Origin: an uncultured Planctomycetota bacterium | GTDB taxonomy: Bacteria; Planctomycetota; PLA2; JAEUHO01 | Assembly: GCA_963752285.1 (NCBI GenBank) | Contig: CAVVXN010000005.1 | Span: 256,001-320,000 of the forward strand | DNA length: 64,000 nt | Direction of reading: 5' to 3' | Shown here: piece after piece, positions 53,510 to 62,797 of the stretch | Layout of the letters: each line of letters opens with the position of its first letter | How positions within the stretch are numbered: position 1 is the first letter of the stretch | Position numbers and translations under genes: made by a program | The notes under the pieces: generated by a model | The model's input: the letters and a program-made list of their open reading frames with translations, nothing else | Database searches by the model: none | What the model was told of the DNA's origin: nothing

Positions 53510-53690
53510 TATCCGTCCCGTCAACCCAGGTAGCGGCACATTGGCCCGCGCCGGACGTCAGCCCGTATCGGGTGCAGCCCGACCGCGGGCCTCCCGCCAT
53601 CCCCGCTGCGTGAGCTTGTGCATGCGCTCCGCGGGGTTGTCGCGGAGCCACCGGGCGGAGACGTGCGCCCTCACGTAGAGGCCCATGAAA
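53510..53690 (-). pseudogene. Possible IS66-family right-end remnant
   Basis: Minus-strand peptide WLRDNPAERMHKLTQRGWREAR resembles IS66 TnpC C-termini, followed by ...GACGGGACGGATAC resembling an IS66 end; recognised from memory only. Confidence 0.4.
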
Positions 53691-54690
53691 TGACCTGGCC
53701 GACGCCGGCGCGCCTGGAGATGCGGTTTCGCCGACGTTTCCTGGGGGCGCTGGTGGAGGGGGGGCGGCTGCGGGCCGAGACGCGGGCGCGGTTCCTCGCC
53801 TGGTCGAGGTCGGGGTTCTCGGTGGACGCGACGCACCGGGTGGCGGCCGGCGAACGGGAGCGGGCCGAGCGGCTGGCGCGCTACGCGACGCGGGTGGTGC
53901 TGGCGACGGGGAAGGTGAGGCGGCTCGAGGGGGGCCGGGTGCGGGTCGAGACCCCCCCCGACCCGTGGACGGGTCGGACGTGGCTCGAGCTGGACGAGCT
54001 CGAGCTCGTCCACGCAGTGTGCCAGCAGGTGCCGTCCCGGGGGCGGCACCTCGTCCACTACTACGGGGTGTACGCGAACCGGCTTCGCCGGGCGTTCCGG
54101 GCGGCGCGAGCGGCGCGAGCGGCGCGGGCGGGGGAGGAGGCGCCGACGGGTGGGGGGGCAGAGGGCCGGACGCCGGTCAAGCGGGGTCCGGAGGAGCGGG
54201 CCCCGGAGGCGTCGTCCGGGCCGACGTCGAGAGCCGCGTCCCTCAAGCGACAGGCGTGGGCGCGGCTCCTGAGGAAGGTGTTCGAGGTGGACCCGCTGCT
54301 CTGTCCGCGTTGCCAGGAGACGATGGAGATCGTGGCGTGGATCCTCGACCCGAAGACGGTGGACCGAATCCTCAGCCATCGGCGCGAGCGAGGGCTCGAG
54401 TCGGCGTTCGAGGGGCCGCCCGCGAGGGCGCCGCCGGCGGCGTAGGGCGAACGAAGAGACTTCGGGAGGAGGAGGGGGGCCGTCGGGAGAGGCCGTCGTG
54501 AGAGGCGGGCGGGAGCGGTACGTCCCCGCTGGACGCCCCGGGCCTTGCGAGAGGGACGCAGAGTGCCGAGAATCCGGGCATGGGCCCGTACGGCGCAGAT
54601 CCCGAGCGCGAGGAGGTGCGAAGCGGTCGACACAACCCTTGCGCGACCACGCGACGCCGCCCACGACGAGGATTCAATGTCCTATGCGTC
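53691..54690 (+). mobile_element. 5'-truncated copy 2 of the IS91/ISCR-type element (1000 bp)
   Basis: Near-identical to 45949-46927; lacks Zn and HUH motifs; same terminus. Confidence 0.95.
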
Positions 54691-54721
54691 GCCCACGACG
54701 AGGATTCAATGTCCAATGCGT
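54691..54721 (+). repeat. Tandem second copy of the terminal 31 bp of the element
   Basis: GCCCACGACGAGGATTCAATGTCCAATGCGT directly follows GCCCACGACGAGGATTCAATGTCCTATGCGTC (1 internal mismatch). Confidence 0.95.
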
Positions 54722-54848
54722 AAGCCGACGTGCTTGCCGCCCATCTCGATCGAGTACCAGAGATCCTGGTCTCCGTGGCGCCGGCAGGCCGGGCGCCGAG
54801 GAACAGGACGAGGAGGGGGAGGGCGGCAGGGAGTAGACGGCGTCTCAT
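54722..54848 (-). pseudogene. N-terminal fragment of a secreted-protein gene cut at the element terminus
   Basis: MRRRLLPAALPLLVLFLGARPAGA-TET... runs into the terminal repeat. Confidence 0.55.
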
Positions 54849-54997
54849 CGGGATCTCCGGTTCCCTCTCGGGGGCGGCGCGCACCCTATCAGGGAGCCGA
54901 CGGGCGGGGTGCGGCCTCGGCCGTCGCGGCGATTGACAGGCGAGCCGGAAACTGGCAAGGTGCTCCTATTCTCGGACGAGTGGAGGAGGTGGATCTG

Positions 54998-55601
54998 TGC
55001 GTGTCTTGTCGAAGCTCGTGGTCGGCGGCATCGGCGTCGCCGGCGTCGTTGGGGTGTCGGGGAGATGAGGCTCGCCGGGGCGGCGAAGGACGCGCCGACC
55101 CGCATGACCTGCAAGGACCTGGGCGAGAAGGGCGCGGCGGAGAACGCCCACGTCCTCCTCACCGACTTCGTCCTGACCTCGGACATCGTGTACAAGACCA
55201 AGCGCACGGCGAGCAGCACGGCGAAGTGGACGAAGGTGTGGGTGCCGGCCGTCCCCTCCGACAGCCCCTACGCGAAGGCGATCGCGGCGGCCGGGGCCGA
55301 CGTCTCGAGCGTTCCCTTCCCCCGCCCGGTGAGAGTGATCGTCGTCAGCGACGACACGATGAACGAGGCGCAGCTCGCAGCGCTCGGCGCCCGGTCGAGC
55401 TCGACGGCATGGTCACGAACCTGATCCATTCCCTCGGCAGCGAGGAGCGAAAGCTCCTCGAGGAAGGCTACGGCGACGTCTCGAACGCGCAGATCTTTCG
55501 AGGTCGGACGCAAACCCGCGAAGACCGTCCTCGCTCTGCTCGCGATCGCCGCGGGCGGCTTGGCCGCGCTCGGCATCCTCGTCTCGTTCTTCCGCAAGTA
55601 G
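54998..55601 (+). pseudogene. Frameshifted hypothetical membrane protein
   Basis: GGAGGAGG RBS, GTG start; protein-like text continues across ~3 frame changes (~55050, ~55395, ~55497) to a C-terminal TM helix ...LAALGILVSFFRK*. Confidence 0.6.
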
Positions 55602-56032
55602 CGTCCCGCCGCGTAGCGTGCTCGGTCGGTCCGGCCGGGGCGGACGCTAGCGCCTTCGGCCTGGGGTGTCCGCGCGCATCATCCACCTTGCGTCGCGGAC
55701 GACGGTCCGAAAGCCACGAAGACCACGACGAACTCGAGTCGTCCCAGGAACATCCCCAGCGTCTCTATGCGTATGCGTACTACCGGATCATCCACCGGGT
55801 GACACAGCAGAGGCCGGAGGGTTGGGAGTGCGTCGCCCCAGATCCCAAGACAGTGGAATGGATCGACTTAGTGACATGTCAGAGGATCAGTTCAAGGCCT
55901 GGAAGAGTGCCAAGGAACTGGTGATACTGGATCGTCGCCTGTAGGAGCTGCATAAGGATTTCATGCGATGCACAGAACGACTCGAGTCTGCCTCTCCGTT
56001 CGTTCCCGCCTTGTGCGGCATCGTCGTCGCTA

Positions 56033-56926
56033 TTGGCTCGCTCCCTGCGGCTTACACTTCCACTCATCTTGGCAGTGGGCGCAGTACAATTACCTGCCTG
56101 CGGTAACAGGGCCGACTCCGGAGAGTCCGGCATGAGTTCTGGCGAGCAGGTTAATGGATCTGCATGCGGCGATCCGTCCGCTGGCCCGGCGCAAGCCACG
56201 ACGGAAGCGATTGGGCAAATCGATCGGAGCCTGGAGCGCGCCGATTCCGATACTCTCATGAAGCCGAGGCGCGTCTGCGGGAACTGGGTGACACGGGATT
56301 CAAGATGGCATGCTCGCACCTGGTCGAGTTGTTCTCGCCTGGGAATCAACTCCGGCGTCAGTACTGGATCGGGTTCTGTGTCGACTGGAGACGGGCCCTG
56401 CCCCTTGAAGTGTATGGCATGCTCGACAAGGTGCAACTTACGTACTACGACTGGGTGAACATCGTGCACACGCTGCCTGGTCACACGAGACGTGGGCTGT
56501 GGACCTGGCACTCCGCCTCCGGCAGCACGAAGCGAGCAGCATTCGGCTTCAGGCGGTGGAAGCCTTGCTGGAGTGTTGCGAGGCGCGAGTGCGCAAGGCG
56601 CTGCTTGAGTCGATTCAGAGTGATCCGTCGCCATCCGTTCGCTGGGAGGCGGCGAAGATCGGACTCAGTCCGTGCTTCGCAGGGACGCCTGAGGATCTGC
56701 ACTTCCTGAGCGTGGCGCTGGATGATCCCGATCCACTTGGGGCCGCCGCGGGCGCCGTGGAGAGCCTCTATGCGGTCGTTCCCCTCTCCTCGGCGCCCCG
56801 GGTACCGCGGATCCAGTTGCGCCGCTCGACGATGATGGGGTGCGTAGGATCTGGGCGAAGTGGCTGCATCAGAACGCAGCCCTACTGAAGTGGGACCCCG
56901 ATCGAAGGAAACTTTACATGCCGTAG
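56033..56926 (+). pseudogene. Frameshifted HEAT-repeat lipoprotein-like gene
   Basis: Lipobox-like LPAC; HEAT-like SIRLQAVEAL, DPSPSVRWEAAK, ALDDPDP spread over several frames; lower GC. Confidence 0.55.
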
Positions 56927-57069
56927 CCGACGTCTGTGACGGAGGACTGCAATCGAACTACGCGTCGCAACACCTGACTGGGACCAGTCAGGGCCAGGAC
57001 GTACGATCAAGCGGATCGCGTGCTTTCCGAGCGGGGGCGGGATCTCGAATCCGCCGAGGTGCTGCTTCT

Positions 57070-58288
57070 CAAGCGGCTCCGGGGCCTGGTCGCGCGAGAC
57101 CGGGCGCTCCACGGGGTGATGGCGCGGGCCGCCTGGGAGGTGCTCCGCGAGAGCCTGTCCGAAGCCGCCTCTGAACGAGAGGGCGCTCCGGGGGCGGTGA
57201 TCTCGCTCCAGACGTTCGGGTCGTTCGGCGCGAACTTCCATCCCCACCTGCACGCGATCGTGACGGAGGGGGTGTTCACGAAGGACGGCCGGTTCCATCC
57301 CGTGATCTGGCCGACGCCGGCGCGCCTGGAGATGCGGTTTCGCCGACGTTTCCTGGGGGCGCTGGTGGAGGCGGGGCGGCTGCGGGCCGAGACGCGGGCG
57401 CGGTTCCTCGCCTGGTCGAGGTCGGGGTTCTCGGTGGACGCGACGCACCGGGTGGCGGCCGGCGAACGGGAGCGGGCCGAGCGGCTGGCGCGCTACGCGA
57501 CGCGGGTGGTGCTGGCGACGGGGAAGGTGAGGCGGCTCGAGGGGGGCCGGGTGCGGGTCGAGACCCCCCCCGACCCGTGGACGGGTCGGACGTGGCTCGA
57601 GCTGGACGAGCTCGAGCTCGTCCACGCAGTGTGCCAGCAGGTGCCGTCCCGGGGGCGGCACCTCGTCCACTACTACGGGGTGTACGCGAACCGGCTTCGC
57701 CGGGCGTTCCGGGCGGCGCGAGCGGCGCGAGGGCGCGGGCGGGGGAGGAGGCGCCGACGGGTGGGGGGGCAGAGGGCCGGACGCCGGTCAAGCGGGGTCC
57801 GGAGGAGCGGGCCCCGGAGGCGTCGTCCGGGCCGACGTCGAGAGCCGCGTCCCTCAAGCGACAGGCGTGGGCGCGGCTCCTGAGGAAGGTGTTCGAGGTG
57901 GACCCGCTGCTCTGTCCGCGTTGCCAGGAGACGATGGAGATCGTGGCGTGGATCCTCGACCCGAAGACGGTGGACCGAATCCTCAGCCATCGGCGCGAGC
58001 GAGGGCTCGAGTCGGCGTTCGAGGGGCCGCCCGCGAGGGCGCCGCCGGCGGCGTAGGTCGAACGAAGAGACTTCGGGAGGAGGAGGGGGGCCGTCGTGAG
58101 AGGCGGGCGGGAGCGGTACGTCCCCGTTGGCCGCCCCGGGCCTTGCGAGAGGGACGCAGAGTGCCGAGAATCCGGGCATGGGCCCGTACGGCGCAGATCC
58201 CGAGCGCGAGGAGGTGCGAAGCGGTCGACACAACCCTTGCGCGACCACGCGACGCCGCCCACGACGAGGATTCAATGTCCTATGCGTC
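57070..58288 (+). mobile_element. 5'-truncated copy 3 of the IS91/ISCR-type element (1219 bp)
   Basis: Near-identical to 45716-46927; retains HUH motif but lacks Zn domain; frameshift near 57730; same terminus. Confidence 0.95.
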
Positions 58289-58409
58289 CGCTCTAAGAGT
58301 CCTTTCGCGCTGCGAATGACTCGGTGGTTCGCCATGCCGCGACACTCTAGCGAATCCCGTCGAGTACTTGACACGCCTGTCCTGCTCGCCCCGACTCCCG
58401 CCGGGTCAG

Positions 58410-58686
58410 GGAAGCCTTCCGAAGAAGGACGCTGGGCAGTTGATGCTGAGTTTGCAGTGGTTCGCAGAAAACTACGGCAACAGAACTGATGCCATTCCGG
58501 TCATCTTCGCAAGGAAGGCCATTGCCGAGCGACGAGCAGACTTCCCGGAGGGGACTCGCGTGGTCACTGACGAGAAGGCCACACTTCTCATGAACGCGCT
58601 AGCGGGACTGTGGAAAGGCCTAGTGAACGAGCCCCTCCTTTACCGCAATGCAAAGCAACTCGGCGAGAGGATCCGCGCACTCACCC
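58410..58686 (+). pseudogene. Internal gene fragment, possibly the C-terminal region of a helicase-like protein
   Basis: KKDAGQLMLSLQWFAENYG...AIPVIF protein-like low-GC fragment with no clear start, cut by the opposing HNH fragment; family assignment weak. Confidence 0.35.
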
Positions 58687-58922
58687 GGGGCCACGCCGAG
58701 GGGGACGACGTGGTCCACCTGCGTAGCGGGCTCGGTCAGCCCCCGGCGCGCGCATTCCCGGCAGAGGGGCTCCTCGCGCAGAACCTGGGCCCGCACGGCC
58801 TGCCAGCCGGCGGACCCGTGGATGCGGGCCACGACGGGGTCGCGGCGGGTGCGGTTGTACTCCGCGTCCGCATGGCGGCGGCTGCGTAGGATCCCAGCGA
58901 GCGTGCGCGGCTTCGAAGGCAT
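58686..58922 (-). pseudogene. Truncated phage-type HNH endonuclease
   Basis: MPSKP...WQAVRAQVLREEPLCRECARRG...ATQVDHVVP; the second half (N..LC..CH) is missing. Confidence 0.75.
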
Positions 58923-59198
58923 CGGTGCCTCGGCTCGCGCCGGCTGGGATCAGCGCCCTGGGAGCCTACCACGCCAGAGCGACGTGCAAACCCAGATGCC
59001 CTGCGGGCCAACCCTCCGAGCCGACATGCGCAGCGCGAACCTCGGCTCCGTTCCATCCGCGGCGCTCCATCCGCAGTGCGGTCAGCGCGGGGCCCTGATC
59101 AGATTGGAGTCGTGCGTGTCGTCGACTCATGGGCCTAAAGCCCATGGCTGAACGGCCTGAGGAGCGTACAATCCCTCCTGTGAATTGGGAGGTACCAC

Positions 59199-59546
59199 AT
59201 GCCGTTGAGAGGAGCCAAGGTCGTCGCTGTCGCGTTCGTCATGGCCGCCGGGACGCTTGCATTCGGAGCGGCCCTCTCCGTGTTGGCGGACTGCCCCAAC
59301 ATGGAGCCCCAGAAGCATCCGACAATCTCTTGGGGGTCGAACGTCAAGTGCGGCGACCCGCCGGAGCAGTGTGGGCAGAACTACTCCATTACCAACAACT
59401 GGGCGTGCGACCTGCCTTCCGACGACCACCGGTGCGTCCCGGGCGAGGTCGTGTTGGTGGAAGTGCACCAGTTCCGCTGTCCCTGCGCCGAGACGGTGAC
59501 CGAGATCAAGGGAGCGGGGCCGACAGCGCAGGTTTGCCCTCCGTAG
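59199..59546 (+). CDS. Small secreted Cys-rich protein (115 aa)
   Basis: GGAGGT RBS, signal peptide ending VLA-D, 8 Cys in the mature part. Confidence 0.7.
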   Translation: MPLRGAKVVAVAFVMAAGTLAFGAALSVLADCPNMEPQKHPTISWGSNVKCGDPPEQCGQNYSITNNWACDLPSDDHRCVPGEVVLVEVHQFRCPCAETVTEIKGAGPTAQVCPP

Positions 59547-59567
59547 CCGTTAGATTGAGGGGCACCG

Positions 59568-60959
59568 ATGCCGCCTCGACCGCTTGCAAGCAGGCGCTCC
59601 CTCCGCGCGGTGGTTCTTGTGGTGGCACTCTCAGCGCTATTGTTCGGTCTCCTGCAGCAGCCAAACCCGGAAGCTCCACCGCCTCCCAACTTGGGTCAGC
59701 GACTCGACGCGGGCACCGGAGAGTCCCCGCGGCTTAGTTCTCCTCCGCGGACGCATCCTCCGGACGTCACCGAGTGCACATGGTTCTCCCGATGGGCATC
59801 ACTGGCACCCGATCCTAGAGAGGTTCCGCGCCTCCTAGTTGCCCTCCGCGCAGATGTTGCGCGCCGCACGCGCTGCCTACCGGACCCTTGGCTTCTACTC
59901 CTGACACGGGCTCGCTGTGACGGCACAGTTGAGATGCCTGCGCGGGAGGTCGATGCGTTGGGCGGGGCGTGGACCGAGCGCGGCCCGCGGAGCGCCGCGT
60001 GGGCTCTCGGCGCGGACACTGAGGGGTGCGTGCTGTCGCTTCTGGCCGAAACAGCGGATGCTGGTTCGCTGGCCCACATTCTCTCTGCATTAGGGGAGGC
60101 ATACTCCGGTGACGGCCTGCTGTCCCCCAACGAACGATTGATCGACCAAGCCGCACGTCTCCTCGCGCTCCGATCGCTCCACGATAGTGGGTACTGGACG
60201 GACTTCTGGAGCGGGATAGAGGACGGCGCGGCCGGAATCCACCTACGCCGCGCGATTTACGAGGCGGCGATTCGAGACGCAGATGAGCCAGCAATCGTCG
60301 ACAGGCTGCACTTTCTTGCTGATCTTGAACAGAGTGTGGGTGGATCCGCCTCGGCGAGTACCGCGCTGGCCGCGATGGGGATGGCCATGCAAGGCAGGTT
60401 AGACGCAAGCGTGATCTCGTCGGGGTTAGCGTGGGATCGAAGCGTCAACTGGAAACGAGCCTTGCTCTGGAGCATCGGCCCCGGGAACGGGTGGCCGGAG
60501 AAGCCCCTCCCATGGGATGGTCGGTCCAGCGAGATGATAGTGCGGTTCGTGCTGTCTGCCCCAGAGTCGCCGGGCGCACGCTACTATCGGCTGGAACTCG
60601 TCGAGCGGTTGTTTGAGGTTCTTGGCCCCATAGACGCAGCTCGGGCATTCACGTCGTATCGAGCGGACCCCTATGCCTCGGTCCCAGAGACAATAGAGTG
60701 GTTGTCTAGTGGCCTGCGATTCACGGGCGCTGAGACGCAGGGCGGCGGTCCGGCGTGGCGGTCGGCGCGCGCAACGGTCGATTCGGCTATTGGGTACATC
60801 TTGGAGGCGAACCGGTGGCGACTTGATTCGGTCATCGTCGCGTTGCTCGACAAGCCAGACTTCAAGCCGGCCGCTGGTGCTCGGGAGGCGTTGGTGCGCC
60901 TGCTCGATCGCGACCTGGACCTATTGGAACCCGGCACGCGGGCGCGCCTCGCTCACTGA
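59568..60959 (+). CDS. Hypothetical membrane-anchored helical protein (463 aa)
   Basis: Long ORF 21 bp downstream of the Cys-rich gene; N-terminal TM; lower GC. Confidence 0.65.
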   Translation: MPPRPLASRRSLRAVVLVVALSALLFGLLQQPNPEAPPPPNLGQRLDAGTGESPRLSSPPRTHPPDVTECTWFSRWASLAPDPREVPRLLVALRADVARRTRCLPDPWLLLLTRARCDGTVEMPAREVDALGGAWTERGPRSAAWALGADTEGCVLSLLAETADAGSLAHILSALGEAYSGDGLLSPNERLIDQAARLLALRSLHDSGYWTDFWSGIEDGAAGIHLRRAIYEAAIRDADEPAIVDRLHFLADLEQSVGGSASASTALAAMGMAMQGRLDASVISSGLAWDRSVNWKRALLWSIGPGNGWPEKPLPWDGRSSEMIVRFVLSAPESPGARYYRLELVERLFEVLGPIDAARAFTSYRADPYASVPETIEWLSSGLRFTGAETQGGGPAWRSARATVDSAIGYILEANRWRLDSVIVALLDKPDFKPAAGAREALVRLLDRDLDLLEPGTRARLAH

Positions 60960-61483
60960 GAGCCCAGGTAGTGGTCATCGGCCTCGAGTCCAGAGTAGAC
61001 GCCGCGCGCGTAGAGCTCGCGGTTGCGGTGGACCCAGCGGTGCTGCTTCTCAGTTCGAACGGGACATTTCGTTCGAGTTCTCGGCAGCCGGTCGGTGCGG
61101 GATGCGGGCTGCGGCCCGCGTGAGCGGAGTACCCACGAAGGTGCCGGGGGTGTGGCGGCGCGACAGGGGGGCAAAGAGCGAGGCGGGTCAGGCGCAGACG
61201 ACGCATCGTCGCGCGCGGTTCCCGGCGAGGCGTCGAGCTCGGGCGTCGGCGCGGTGGGCGGCGAGGCGGTCGGGCACGCCTAACGTACACCGCCGCCCCC
61301 GAATGCGAGGTCGATACTTCGGTCGCTGGGGGAGTGAGGAGAGCAAGCCGGCAGGAGAACCCAGGCTCCTCCACGGTGCCGCGCAGATCGACCCGCTGAC
61401 GGCTCGTCTCGGCGACGGCGCGGCGTGCGCGGCGCGTCGCATCCCGGGAGACATCGTTGGGGGACTCACCAAGCGCAGCGGAC

Positions 61484-61620
61484 ACGGGGAGGCGCTCGAC
61501 GCCGTCTCCCGCGAGATCCAGGTCTCGACTGCCCGCCTGGCCCAGTGGCGGGACGATTTCCTCGCCGCGGGCCAGGTCGGCCTGAAGAGCCGTGAGCCCG
61601 ACGCTCGGGATGAGGAGATC
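61484..61620 (+). pseudogene. Transposase HTH remnant (IS3-like OrfA)
   Basis: GEALDAVSREIQVSTARLAQWRDDFLAAGQVGLKSREPDARDEEI. Confidence 0.6.
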
Positions 61621-61903
61621 GGCTCGGTTCTTCGCCACTCCAGGGGTGGTTTAGACCTCGTCTTCGACCCAAGGGCTGGCGCTGACTTGCCGAACGTCCA
61701 CCACCTCGATCCCTGCTCGAAGTGATGCGGTAGGCCTTCGGCACAACCGCACCGCCCCGCGCTCTATCCGCGAGGGAGCAGGCAGTGTCTGGTCCAGGTC
61801 GCATTCGAGCCGCCCGACTACCGCGCCAGCATCGCAATCGCTGCCGCCGCCGCCACCCCAACGACCCAGGCCCCGCCGGTCCCGGAGAGGCGGGGTTGTC
61901 ACT

Positions 61904-62504
61904 TGTACGCGAACCGGCTTCGCCGGGCGTTCCGGGCGGCGCGAGCGGCGCGGGCGGGGGAGGAGGCGCCGACGGGTGGGGGGGCAGAGGGCCGGACGCC
62001 GGTCAAGCGGGGTCCGGAGGAGCGGGCCCCGGAGGCGTCGTCCGGGCCGACGTCGAGAGCCGCGTCCCTCAAGCGACAGGCGTGGGCGCGGATCCTGAGG
62101 AAGGTGTTCGAGGTGGACCCGCTGCTCTGTCCGCGTTGCCAGGAGACGATGGAGATCGTGGCGTTGATCCTCGACCCGAAAACGGTGGACCGAATCCTCA
62201 GCCATCGGCGCGAGCGAGGGCTCGAGTCGGCGTTCGAGGGGCCGCCCGCGAGGGCGCCGCCGGCGGCGTAGGGCGAACGAAGAGACTTCGGGAGGAGGAG
62301 AGGGGCCGTCGTGTGGAGGCGGGCGGGAGCGGTACGTCCCCGTTGGCCGCCCCGGGCCTTGCGAGAGGGACCCAGAGTGCCGAGAATCCGGGCATGGGCC
62401 CGTACGGCGCAGATCCCGAGCGCGAGGAGGTGCGAAGCGGTCGACACAACCCTTGCGCGACCACGCGACGCCGCCCACGACGAGGATTCAATGTCCTATG
62501 CGTC
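61904..62504 (+). mobile_element. 5'-truncated copy 4 of the IS91/ISCR-type element (601 bp)
   Basis: Near-identical to 46327-46927; same terminus. Confidence 0.95.
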
Positions 62505-62777
62505 GTCCCCGGGGAGGACCTCGACGGGGCGGGGGCCGGTCCGCGCGGCGCCGCGCCGTCGGTCGCCTCGCCCGCGCGCCCCGAGGCGGGCCTCCTCGAC
62601 GGACACGACCTCCCGCCCGGCGTCCCGCCGCCCGCGAGCGCCGAGGACGCCGCCGCGCTCCGGCTCGCGTTCGACCTCCAGCGGCGGATCGAGGGGCCGA
62701 GCACGGCGCTCCAGGGCGAGCCGATCCACCAGGGCGAGCGCGTCGGCGCGGCGCCGCACCTCCCGACGAGCGACGCG
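62505..62777 (+). repeat. Diverged internal fragment of the cysteine desulfurase gene (43555-43827)
   Basis: Ungapped manual alignment: 22 mismatches in 273 bp (~92%). Confidence 0.95.
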
Positions 62778-62797
62778 TGGACCCGTGCGGAGCGCGG

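Noticed and set aside
54659..54721. CRISPR array suggested by the ~31-bp direct repeat
   Set aside because: Only two adjacent copies with no spacer, part of the element terminus, and no cas genes.
43555..62777. Diversity-generating retroelement TR/VR pair, or att-site duplication of an integrated island
   Set aside because: Mismatches are not adenine-specific and no reverse transcriptase is present; the duplicate is an internal gene fragment joined precisely to the element end, not a gene 3' end restored by an integrase.
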